Positions 1 to 12,290 of a stretch of 64,000 bases of DNA are shown here, piece after piece. The translations under genes were made by a program, and so were the position numbers. Position 1 is the first letter of the stretch, and the number at the start of each line of letters is the position of its first letter. The stretch lies in the NCBI RefSeq assembly GCF_006345805.1, contig NC_042999.1, positions 33,356,001-33,420,000 of the forward strand, read 5' to 3'. Under the pieces are notes generated by a model. It was not told the origin of the DNA and did no database searches. It saw only the letters and a list, made by a program, of their open reading frames with translations. Source of the DNA: Octopus sinensis. Its lineage: Eukaryota.

Positions 1-140
1 GTAGTTGGTGTATAAATACTGACAACGGTAAGAAACCTACCTTATGTTAGTTTAATACAGCATGACATGATCCGCTCAGATATACAACTTGGAAGCTCTG
101 CAATGGAGGATACTAATGTATTCTTGAGAGCAAACCCAAG

Positions 141-219
141 ACCAGAGAATGTGAACTCACAACATACGGACGGAGAAAATACTTAATGTCACTAAATAAT
201 TTTTCTGGCATACTAAGAT

Positions 220-264
<45 letters not shown>

Positions 265-420
265 GTGAAACTTTAGTGAGTGTTATTAATAAGTTACTGA
301 TTTTAACGATCATCAAAAATGAAGGCTAAAGTCTATCTCAGAGAAATGTGAACTCACAACATACGGACGGACAAAATACTTAGTGTCACTAAATAATTTT
401 TCTGGCATACTGAGACATAT
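141..420. repeat. Local direct duplication of about 80 bp
   Basis: agagaatgtgaactcacaacatacggacgg...aataatttttctggcatact occurs at about 141-215 and about 338-412, each followed by (AT)n. Segment 455-545 also recurs, diverged, at about 1545-1635. Confidence 0.8.
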
Positions 421-771
421 ATATATATATCTGTGTGTGTGTGTGTGCGTGTGTGTGTGTATATGTGAGTGTGCCTGTGTATGTATGCATATGAATGTTT
501 GTGTCTTTATGCGTATAAAACAGAAGAAAATGTTATGTGTCAAAAACACACACAAAAATGCACATAGGCACACAAAGACACACGCACACGTACACGCATA
601 AGAAATTACATACATATATATATATATATACATATATATATTATATATACATATAAATACATACATACATATTTATACATATATATATATATACTTTGAT
701 ACTTTGATACTTTGATATATATACAATGTATATATATATATATATACATATAAATACATACCTATATATTT

Positions 772-867
<96 letters not shown>

Positions 868-1016
868 CAGTAATTGTTTATGTACATTTGCTTGGAAATT
901 TTGATTTTGAAAGCTTGTGGCATTATCTGGGAGTTTTGTATTCTTTTTTTCTTTGTGTGTGTAATTCTTCTCCTTTGTTTGTTCATCACTTTGATATACA
1001 TGAATATATGTATATA

Positions 1017-1088
<72 letters not shown>

Positions 1089-1117
1089 TTCTGTGTGTGT
1101 TTGTGTGTATGTATGTG

Positions 1118-1228
1118 TCAAGGTCATTATAAAAGTAAAAGAAAACATTATATGTCTATATATATATGTGTATATATACAAATATATGTATAGATATGTA
1201 TATACGCACTTGCATACATACATATATA

Positions 1229-1263
<35 letters not shown>

Positions 1264-1328
1264 CTTAGACACACACAAACATATATATACACATATAATG
1301 CTTTTTTCAACTTTTATAATGACCTTGA
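1118..1328. repeat. Imperfect inverted repeat (about 38 bp arms) around a microsatellite spacer
   Basis: tcaaggtcattataaaagtaaaagaaaacattatatgt versus acatataatgcttttttcaacttttataatgaccttga. Confidence 0.75.
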
Positions 1329-1993
1329 TAATAGATTTCATCACGGTATATCGTAATTCGTTATTTTAACTTTGTTGTCATTCATCCTACTTACTTTTGT
1401 TTATAGATGTGTTATTGCAGCCATCATAGTTTCTTCCATTAGAAATCAGGTCTGTCTTGCAATGCTGTCTTTTTTCTAATTTCCATTCTTTAGTATTATA
1501 TCCTGTTTATGTATGTGTATATGCATGTATAACTATATCCCTGTGTGTGTGTATGTGAGTGTGCGTGTCTATGTATGCATATGAATGGTTGTATATCTGT
1601 GGGTATAACAGAGACGAAAATGTTATATGTCAACTGAAACGACATGAGATGTACATTATATGGGAAATAGAACACGCGCTCTACCAAATCTAATTTGAAA
1701 CACTAGAACGTCGTATCAATCAGCAAAATCAAAACTGACCTTTACAAACAAACTACGTACATGAAATAGACAAATGGTAAAAAGGAATCCTTTGTCAACT
1801 ATCTCAAGTACAAACTAGCTAATAAATATCGGAATGCAAAAAATGTTTGTCAGTCACAAAGAATACGAAGACAGAACTTAAAAAAAAAAACATAACGAAA
1901 TGGCATTACACAGCAAACCATGGAGAACAATAACCACACACACTACTCGAAAATGGTCAGAAGAGAACAGCTGAACGCAATCCCGTCTATACT

Positions 1994-2032
<39 letters not shown>

Positions 2033-2522
2033 TTCAACAATTGAGGGTAAAATTAATTAATTAATCAATTTCACCAAGTATTCAGTATGCAAAGGGACCA
2101 ATTAAGGCGAATTCAAATTATTACATTATATAAAAGGGGTTAGTAAAATAAATTACTTTGCCGCATACTGAACTCATTAGAAATAGCAGCTAAAAAAACT
2201 TTTTTAAAACTATTTCTAATACTTAAAGAAAACCTCTCTCATATAGTGTTTGCTCAATTCAACTCATATATATATATATATGTATATATATGGTACAAAG
2301 TGAGATAGGGGTTATGAGTGTAACCCACTATGGGATATCATTTATCCAATATACTGCCAGTAAAGTACCCAGAATGCTAATACATAAATGCTAAGAATTG
2401 CAATGCAATTAATTCATTTACTAATTATTTAGATTAAAATCTAAATCCAACAGAATAATACAGAATAAAACAATATACATCAATAAGTAAGATAATACCA
2501 TAAGAATAATACATATAAAATG

Positions 2523-2619
2523 GATCTTACAGCTGTTTCAGCCTGTAGAAACGAGTATCTCATTATGCCCATATTAGTCAGATGTATTGAGATAATATGC
2601 AGTTAAAAATGAGTTACTC

Positions 2620-2656
<37 letters not shown>

Positions 2657-2688
2657 ATATATATATATCCCAAGGCTTCGTCAGTGAT
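2523..2688 (-). ncRNA. Type-I hammerhead ribozyme motif with an (AT)n expansion inside stem-loop II
   Basis: Minus strand: atca-CTGACGA-agcct...aggct-GAAA-cagctg-TA-agat. Stem II agcct/aggct is perfect, stem III is palindromic, the site is GUA, and stem I is 3 bp plus a core-proximal A.A mismatch. Confidence 0.7.
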
Positions 2689-2949
2689 TATAAAGTATAA
2701 TTATAAAGATATAAAATGAAGATATAAAATGCAAATATGAATATTAAAGAAGGTACACATATACAAGAATATGCATATATACATATACATATAAGTGTAT
2801 ATACATATATATAAGTATGTACATAATAATATACATACACATAGGTTACTGTTAATCAGATCTATATACTGGAATATACATATATATATATCCACTTCAA
2901 AGTGTGCATATACAAAGTCCAAAGTTCATTATATTACATTATTAAAAAC

Positions 2950-3010
<61 letters not shown>

Positions 3011-3744
3011 GTTGTTGTTGTTGTTGTTATTATTATTATTATTATTATTAATACCAATAAAGGAATATGTGCATTCTGCTATTCACAATACATAGTAGAT
3101 GGAAAATACCACATAAAATATAGTATAATATAATACAGTGTAACACAACATAATAAAATATAATATATTATATTACATATTAAATATACAATATATAATA
3201 TAGTATAACCTAATATATAGACAGATGCATATGGGGGATGCCAGTAAATTAATTAATTCAATATAATAAAATAATGCAAAACAATATACAACGTTACAAT
3301 ATACAATGTCATTATATTTATATATCATACAGCGAAAATCGAAACTTTAGTCAAAATCTACATACATATATATATACACACATGTACCAAATACATGCAC
3401 ATGCATATACATACATGCTCAAAAGCACCTTCACTATTCATAAAAATACTTGACTACTATGAAGAATATTTCATCTAATTATTCTACATTTGTTTAGATC
3501 TGGAAAGTTTTTCTGAAAGCAACGATTAATATTTTGCTCTGAGTGTTTATTATTTGCTTGATTTCAACATATCGTTATATAGTATACACTTATTCAGAAT
3601 TGTTAGAAAGGTTTCTTATACATTAGTTAGGCTTTTCGTTCAGAACATGACATTGAAAAATTATTCTTTTTTCTGTTAAAATGGGTTTGTAGTTAGAAGT
3701 TTATTTCCCAACTACGTGATTGTTCAGTCTCATTGCGTGGCATC

Positions 3745-4110
3745 TTGGACTAAAGGCTTCTGGTATAGCCACGGGCCGGCAGCAGCTTTTTGTTTTCGTA
3801 AACAGAAACTGAAAGAAGCTTGTCGAATATATGTGTGTGACTGTGTGTTCACGTGATTATGTGTGTGTGTGTGTGTGTATGTGTGTGTGTGTGTGGTGTG
3901 TGTGTGTGTGTGTGTGTGTGTGTCTAGCGCTTGTAAAACTGTGTCAGTGTATTTGTTCCCGCGACATAGTGGCTCGATAAAACAGCCTGATGGCATAAGT
4001 ACACGGCTTAAAGAAATAATAAGCGTTGCGGTCGATTTTTTCAACTAAAGTCCTTCAAGGTGGTGCCGCACAAGGCCTCAGTCTAATGCCAGACACAAGC
4101 AAAAGATAAA
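3745..4110 (+). mobile_element. Degenerate tRNA-derived SINE, family B (internal AT/GT tract)
   Basis: Shares gaaactgaaagaagc, the GT tract and the 3' part with the copies at 7255 and 39003. Confidence 0.6.
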
Positions 4111-4674
4111 ACATGAATGTGTGCATGTGAGTATGTGTTTGTGTGTGTGTGTGTGAGAGAGAGAAAGAGAGAGAGTCAGTGTATGTATGAGCGTGTGTGT
4201 GAGAGTGAGAGTGATTTTTTTATGCACAAGTTGTTTATAAAGTAAGATTAGTATAATTGAATTTTGTGAATATCATAGTATCTGTGGTGTCTTTATTATA
4301 ATCGTTCCAGTTGTTCTTTCTTTGAAATTTTCACAGTAGGATATTTCGCTCTATTGTGAATTTCTTTGTGTAAAGTGAATAGAAATTTATTCAGGCAGTG
4401 GATGAATCGGTTTGGCAGATTAACAACCGCCGTAAAGTGGCTGGATTAATGTCAGCAAGGTCACCTACCATTTCTTTTGAATGAAGAGAGATGTAGAAGA
4501 ATTAGCTGAGCATTTCCTCAATGTGTGCCGACAAAGATATCTCGTGTTGCTTTGTATAGATTTCATCGAATAATAAACTCTTGTTTTCTTTCTAATTCTT
4601 TTTGGTGATTTCCAGTGCATTTTAAGCGTAATATCCACCTTAAACCTAGGTCTACCAGAGAAAATATATGTCAC

Positions 4675-6156
4675 TAAGTACCAAATCGATCCAATGGACC
4701 CAATATTTTCCTTTTAATTAAATTTTATTCAAACTACCCCTATTTCTTAGCTACATTATATGTGCTATCAGGTGAATCATGAATTACTGTTTCTCACAAA
4801 TCAAATAAAAAAAATATACAGCTCACAAAATATATTATGAATTTTCAAAATTTCCAAAATACAGAATTACAGCTCTGTATGGCAGTGAACGCAAGCATGT
4901 AGATTTGCATTTTCGAGGCATAATAAGATTCACAGTCGCATATTTAATTTCATATTTCCCTGGTTTCGAAGGAATCTTTACCCGAAATGGCAGCGCCCTC
5001 TGAATGAAACTAACTTTTCATTAACTGTCATGCATGAACTTGGAACATATCCATCATGCAAACACTGATTTCACATTTCAAATACTTCTCGTATGGGCTC
5101 CAATTTATCATCACTTCACTTTTGTTCTTCTTGCACTAGCATCATCAAAACGCAATACTTGTAAAATCTATAAATACTTGCAAATCTTCCCCGGCTCATA
5201 ATTTTGTTGAATATCGGGCGGCCATCTTCTTGACTCCATAACTGTGTAACATTTTCCTGTTTAGATTTATAAACACCTATAAAAATAATCAATCACATAA
5301 ATTTCGTTACTTCAGAGTGATCAGTTTCCTTCCATTAATCTTTCTAAGCAACCTGACCTTCAATATTTGTCCATTTACAGATTACTACAAGAAGATTCCG
5401 GCGCATAAAGATAGCAAAACATGTTTCAGTTCTATCGCGAGATCTTTTTGCAAAACGGGAAGGTCTATAGTATTGGCTCACAATATTGCAAGATGAATTC
5501 TGACTGCCGATTAAGTAAAAGAATAACAATGCGCAACATCTTGTCTGTCTCTAGAAACATATTGCTCAGTCATAGCTGGGAGACTTGTCGAAACTTGTTT
5601 TTAAGAATTACCATCATCTGACAACACAGAACCTAAACTGCCCAGCACACAATCACTTTGAATATCCTCTTCAGAGCAATAGCAGGAATGATTACTATCT
5701 TCGTCCCATTCTTCATCTAAATCCAATAACCTTTTCGATATTTGGTCTTCACTCAAGTTTTCACGTCTAGACATATTGGAAAGCACACTTGAACTATATG
5801 AAGCATGATAGCAGAGTAAAGGCAGATATTGCTTTCCCAAATATTTATACTTTCCTGAAAGATGATGCAATATATTGTAAGAACTGCGTCATCACATAGA
5901 AATATTGCATCACCTTATAAACTAGCAGAATGAAGATGATGCAAGACCACACAAATTTACACTAATATTTTCATAATTTTTCCAATTTTATCTAACATTC
6001 AGCACATAAGTTGAATGCAATTTTATCTATTTTATATCTGATAAATATCTAGGAAAATAATATTTGATACTGCTTTTATTCTGTTTAGAATTACAAGAGT
6101 ATTGTCTGAATTCAATTGGAGGGTCCAATTGACCAATACGGTAATTAACGTATTAA
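4675..6156 (-). mobile_element. Decayed piggyBac DNA transposon
   Basis: Minus-strand pieces read GRPIFNKIMSRGRF..LRFDD..DKLEPIREVFE..MTVNEKLVSFRGRC..IPSKPGKYEIK (piggyBac transposase motifs, about 4940-5230). Acidic N-terminus MSRRENLSEDQISKRLLD at about 5770. TTAA at 6153-6156. Many stops and frameshifts. Confidence 0.85.
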
Positions 6157-7254
6157 GTAAAATTTTCTAACGTATATAAACGCACGAAAATTTCCCATTT
6201 AACAAATAAAGGAGAGTCAAGAAAAAATAAGAGTCATGAGAAATCAGTAGAATCAAATAATATAAACAGTAGGAAAAAGCAACTGAAAAGACTGAAATGG
6301 ACACATTGGTAGACAAGATGAATAATATTGACTCATTGGTAGACATAAGATGAATAATATTGAAAAATTAGCCTTTGAATTTTACAAGATGCAACTCACC
6401 CTTGATCAAAAAAACCAATGGCTATAAACGCGACAACATTTTTTTATATTTAAGAAGCAGCCTATTTGACTACTGCTACCGCTGCTGTTGCCACTTCTGT
6501 CGCTACTGGTGCAGTGGTGGCTGCTGTTTTTGTCGCTGTGGTGTTATAATTACCCTGGCACATAATCATTATTTCAGGAAAAATAGTCATTATGTTCTGA
6601 GATATTTAGATTGAAAATAGAAATTAATGAATAAGAAAGAACATTTGGTATCACGCATCTCTCTGCTAAATATTCCTCGTAAATAAAACTGGTCCAATGA
6701 GCTGCACTAGAAATTATATGTAATTATGAACAACTACTATGGAAGATAAATATATAATATACTGGAGTTTTGGTTACACGTATTTATGACAATTAATTTA
6801 ATTTTAAACCGGTATCCGTGAATATATGCACACCGTAGACGAACTTGTGATCACTCCAAGAATGATAAATTAAATTTGGCTTGTAATACTGAATCATCGA
6901 TAGGAGAAAACAGATAGTTTAGTAGTTCTATCGACTAAATAATAAATAAATGAGGAAAAGAAACCGAAAATGTAGTAAAGACATAGCGAGGGATTGGATG
7001 TCAGAAGCTCTAATTATCGCAGGTATATTACACACGCACAGGTAATTAGGAATCCCAATAAGCAAGGATGTGTTATCAATTTGAAGTGTAAAAGCAACAT
7101 ATGAGATAAGCTTATAGATTGCTGATATTTTAAGGTAGTCCACTCAAAAATTCTCTGTCATTTACTTTCGATACTGTTGTTGAGAGCGACCTGTCACTCT
7201 GCAACAGCATCGTTTTAGATACAAGAGAAGCACAAGTAAACCGTGTATAGTTCA

Positions 7255-7890
7255 TAGGCGTAGGAGTGGCTGTGTGGTTAGTAGATTGCTTACGAACCAC
7301 ATGGTTCCAGGTTCAGTGCCACTGAATGGACCCTTGGGCAAGTGTCTTCTATTATAGCCTCGCGCCAATGGATTTGGTAGACGGAAACTGAAAGACGCCC
7401 CTGTATATATATGTATATATATATATATATATATAATATATATATAGTTAATCCAAACAAGAAAGCACAAAAAAACACAACAACGCGAAGACGTGGGACA
7501 AATATAGTATTATTGGACGCTCAGGAAAGAAGTAAAGCAGGAGGTTTAACGTTTCGAGCGGAGCTCTTCGTCGGAAACATAGGAGAAGGAAAGATCCGGA
7601 GAAGGGAATACAGAGGGAAAAAATCACCAACGGTACACTCGCGGTCACATTTATATATATATATATATATATGTATGCGTGTGTATATGTTTGTGTGTCT
7701 ATGTTTGGCTCCCCAATATCGCTTGGCAACCGATGGGGGTGGGTTTACGTCCCTGTAACTTACCGGTTCGGCAAAGGAGGCTGATAGGATAAATACTAGG
7801 CTTTCAAAGAATAAGTCCTGGCGTCGATTTTCTCGACTGAAGGCGATGCTCCGGCATGAACACAGTCAATTGACCGAAACAAATAAAAGA
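7255..7890 (+). mobile_element. tRNA-derived SINE family B with a nested insert in its AT tract
   Basis: Head with A/B-box-like motifs (tggctgtgtggt...ggttcagtgcc). Body is colinear with 39003-39420 except for an extra 7447-7650. Confidence 0.85.
7544..7578 (-). ncRNA. Minimal type-I hammerhead motif (CCGACGA core)
   Basis: gttt-CCGACGA-a-gagc-tcc-gctc-GAAA-cg-TT-aaac: stem I gttt/aaac, stem II gagc/gctc, palindromic ACGU stem III. Confidence 0.65.
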
Positions 7891-8132
7891 GTAAAAAAGT
7901 AAAAAAAGTAAGTCTCGTAACATTCGTCATTGTAGTGGTTGCTGTTACGATCTTTATCTTTTCCGCCGTAAATTTTTCTTTCCCTTCTCTTCTTTTTTGG
8001 TTTTGCTTTAGCAACATATTGATCTCTTTCAATTAACCGATAATGGAAATAATTCTAATCAGTGCTGGCCAGTTTCCTTCATTTAACGCGTAGAGATATA
8101 TGTACTTCAATTATATGTAATAGAACTGTATG

Positions 8133-8204
<72 letters not shown>

Positions 8205-8728
8205 ATATATGCATATATGTGTGTGTTTGTAAGGTTCGTGTAATGTTCTGTGTAAGACTAGTATATTATTTGTCAGTCCCTCTTGTCAAACTGCTGAGTT
8301 ACGTGTAAACACACCAATATCAGTGTGACACGCTCACGCAAATACATATTTATAAATACATATATATATAATATATATATATATATATAGTATATATATT
8401 ATATATATAATATATATATATTATATATTATATATATATATATATATATAATTATAATATATATATAGATATATATTAAACAATTAGGATAATCTCTTAA
8501 TAAAGGGATCTTAACAAGAATTATCGGGTAGCTAGCGTGAAAACCTCATAAAAGAAAAGAATTCGAAAAATTTTTTCTTTGAACAAATTAATATATCTAT
8601 ATTGTATAGAGGGCATTATTACACAATAAAGCCTCACACTAGGAGGGACAAAGTCATTACTACCAAAATTATACTAAATCAACCCAAATGAAGTTTTTCA
8701 AAGCAAGACATTTTAAAAAAATGAATTT

Positions 8729-8786
8729 AGTTCTGTACACCGTGATTTCACATTCAACTTTACGTATAATGATCGTCAGCAGAAAT
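8729..8786 (-). ncRNA. Type-I hammerhead motif (copy of 9526-9584)
   Basis: ttctg-CTGACGA-tcatt..aatgt-GAAA-tcacggtg-TA-cagaa. Confidence 0.7.
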
Positions 8787-9525
8787 GATTCTGAACACAT
8801 CATAAATAAACTACAAAACCTTACGTAGCCGAAGACAAACGACAAACTGCTACAATCCGGCCAAGCACATGGAATGTTTATAAATCATATATCCGGTAAA
8901 TGGCGGGCTTTTTTACGAACTGCATGTCGGGTAATGAAAAGTATTTCGGAATAAGTTTAACAATAAGGATAATCTCTTATAAGGGATCTTACAAGAAATT
9001 ATCGGGTTATGCTAGCGTGGGAACGTGAAAACCTCATAAAAGAAAAGAATTCGAAAAATTAATTTTTTCTTTTGAACCAATTAATTATATCTATATTGTT
9101 ATAGAGGGATTATTACACATAAATGCCTCACACTAGGAGGGACAAAGTCATTACTACCAAAATTATACTAATTCATACCCAAATGCAGTTTTCAAAGCAA
9201 GACATTTAAAAAAATGAATTAGTTCTGTATCAATATAGATATAATTATTTGTTCAAAAAAAAAAAGTATTTTCGAATTCTTTTCTTTTATGAGGTTTTCA
9301 CGCTAGCTACCCGATAATTTCTTGTTAAGATCCCTTATTAAGAATTATCCTTAATTGTTAACTTATTCCGAATACTTTTCATTACCCGACTGCAGTTCGT
9401 AAAAAAGCCCGCCATTTACCGGATATATGATTTATAAACATTCCATGTGCTTGGCCGGAGTGAGCAGTTGTCTGTTTGTCTTCGCTACGTAAGGTTGGTA
9501 GTTTATTTATGATGTGTTCAGAATC

Positions 9526-9584
9526 AGTTCTGCTGACGATCATTAGACGTAAAGTTGAATGTGAAATCACGGTGATACAGAACT
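9526..9584 (+). ncRNA. Type-I hammerhead ribozyme motif
   Basis: agttctg-CTGACGA-tcatt..aatgt-GAAA-tcac-g-gtga-TA-cagaact: 7-bp stem I, catt/aatg stem II, near-palindromic stem III, AUA site. Confidence 0.8.
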
Positions 9585-9706
9585 AAATTCATTTTTTTAA
9601 ATGTCTTGCTTTGAAAAACTGCATTTGGGTATGATTAGTATAATTTTGGTAGTAATGACTTTGTCCCTCCTAGTGTGAGGCATTTATGTGTAATAATGCC
9701 CTCTAT

Positions 9707-9756
<50 letters not shown>

Positions 9757-10919
9757 ACATAATATATATATATATATATATGTATGCATGTATATACACA
9801 TATATATATTTATATACATATATATTCGTATATATATATAATATATATGTGTGTGTGTGTGTGTGTGTGTTGTGTGTGTATGTATGTATGTGTGTGTATA
9901 TCCTTCTGCATTTGAATGGCAGTATATCGTGAGTACTAGTTGAAAGAACTGCTTAAATGCTCTGTATGTTATGTATATAAATTCAACATATTTCCTAACT
10001 CACTATTGCATTATCAGGTTATGTTTTTTTAAACCTTGTAAGATAAGTAGTCTGCGCAACCGAATTGTGCTGCGTAATCTATGATGTCAGAAACATGAGA
10101 AGGAGAAAGAGAAAGAATGATCTTTGGAATAATTCACTGTTCTGAGAAACAAATAGTAATCAAAAAAATATAATTACATTTCAGTGTTGAATGAACAATG
10201 CAAATTTAAGTAATTCGTTTTGACCTTCTATTGATTCCGTTTACTTTATACATATAGCCTTATATTAACAAAGACATTCAACGCTTACAGAAGATGCAAT
10301 TCATTTCCGCCTAATCCATGTTTGGTCGTGTACCACGGTACTTTAACTTTTTGCCACTTTAACTGTTGTTCTTTAAATATCGAACTGAGTATTTATGGAA
10401 ATGAAACTCAATGGTTGGGTGAAGTAGAATAATATTTAGCATTAATACAATTTATAATCTACCCTACCACAAACTTTAATATAGTCACACTATTGGCGAC
10501 GCTGTTTTTAGAGCAATGATTGTCAGCCGGTGTCCATATGAATCATGGAGAGCCATAAAAGATTTTGTTGTTCAAATCTATGTGCAATGAACTGCCTGTA
10601 ATTCTACAATACAAGATATATTTAAATATTTTTTGTACAACTAAAATATTTAATCGTGAAAATATGATATAGTTTAGACTTCCAATGGCCATAAGGACCC
10701 ATTCATGAGTGAAATAGGAGTGAAGGGGACCATAAGCAAAAAATGTTTGAGAACCACTGCTTTAGAAAATTGTTTTTTTTTTACTGTTCAATTTAACAGA
10801 GTGTTGATGTGTCAGATTTTACCTACAAAATACCATTATGTCAGGTTACTTGTGCGGTAACATGGAAACCAGTACAATTCAATATAACGTGTGCATGGTC
10901 GGGTAATCGGTAACTAAAT

Positions 10920-10962
10920 CATCATCATTATCATCATCATCATTATTATCATTATCATTATA

Positions 10963-11034
<72 letters not shown>

Positions 11035-11035
11035 G

Positions 11036-11100
<65 letters not shown>
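10920..11100. repeat. (CAT)/(TAT)n microsatellite
   Basis: Direct reading. Confidence 0.95.
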
Positions 11101-11101
<1 letters not shown>

Positions 11102-11144
11102 CTTTGTAGCACAGTATAGGTAAAATTGCACCGGAGTAATTAGT

Positions 11145-12290
11145 GATCTGTCAAGTCACAACAAAGACATCAAATAGATAATACATTCCTTAAGATGTGC
11201 CCTGAGCCCAATAAGGCTGCTTTTTACGAGACATCAATCTTACATGGAATTTCCAGTTGCCATAAGAAGTCTTGAAGTTTCAATGGGGTTGATCCCAACG
11301 CTCTGATCACCACTGCTATCACGTTTACAATACCTCACCGCATCATATAGTCTTACCATTTCCACTATCAATTCGGAGTACTTAGAGATATTTTCACCCT
11401 CTTTACTCACAACATTTATATCATTTGGTATTGCTACTTCAATGATCTGACAGTATTTGTCACTCTTATTCAATATGACAATATCCAGCCGACGCTGTTC
11501 GATTACACGATCCGTCTGAAAATCATAGTCCCAGAGTATCGTTACTTTTCCATCGTCCTGCATGACATTACTTGGTACATTCCCATACCACTTCCCTGTT
11601 ACTTTATATTGATATTTACGGCATAAGATCCAATGAAGATACACACACATTTTATTGTGGCGGCGCTTGTATTCTTTTTGTGCAAGGCTGTCAAATCCAC
11701 TTACCGCGTGGGTCACATTTTCCACACTCTTTCCATTCCACAGAGTCTGCATGCCTGGGTGTCAAAAGTTTTATAGATGTTGTACTTCACTGAATTGGTG
11801 CCGAGAGCTTGGTCTTGTGCAGCAATCATCAGACTTTCCGTGGTACGCTTCAAATCACCTCACTCAAGCCATGCTCACGATGTTGTATTATCCTGAATGC
11901 TCTGAGTATTCCTTTCAAACTATCCATGCATTCTCATTTCAAGTTCTTTCTTTCTCTTCTGAGGTCTTTGGTTAAAATCTTTCTTGCTCATCATTTCATC
12001 CGCGTTTATACCCATAACCTTCGTGGCAAATTGCAGGATGTCTAATTGGTTTCATGCCACCATTATTTTCATATACAGTCTGTTCACGTTTGCTTTAGGG
12101 TATAGCATCCCATGCAATGTCATCAACTTGCTCGCCCTTCTATCCAGTGTTGATATTTCCTCCTTAGTCCATTTGATGCGGTAATCAAATTTTTGATATT
12201 CAGGTTGGATTTCAACACCATCATCACCCTTTTTGATATACTTCGCTGACCTTGACTTTCATTTCTCTGTGTAGAATGTCATCCATTCTA
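11145..12290 (-). mobile_element. R4/Dong-type non-LTR retrotransposon 3' fragment (RLE endonuclease)
   Basis: ORF 11240-11752 reads LAQKEYKRRHNK..ILWDYDFQTDRVIEQRRLDIVIL..IIEVAIPND..KY, i.e. the RH and PD-D/E-K motifs of a restriction-like endonuclease. The 3' end lies next to (TAA)n. Confidence 0.85.

Larger units (their letters stand above)
8479..9714. mobile_element. About 480-bp non-coding Penelope-like/retrozyme unit: about 1.6 tandem copies plus one inverted, circularly permuted full copy, inside (AT)n
   Basis: Unit starts at 8479 and again at 8959. The second copy stops at about 9232. Segment 9231-9714 is the reverse complement of a complete unit opened at a different point. Confidence 0.85.

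Noticed and set aside
6303-6363. 30-bp tandem duplication; also short direct repeats at 18650-18840
   Set aside because: Ordinary local slippage duplications.
10740-10762. hAT-like terminus (reverse complement cagtggttctcaaac)
   Set aside because: No matching second TIR or 8-bp TSD was found.
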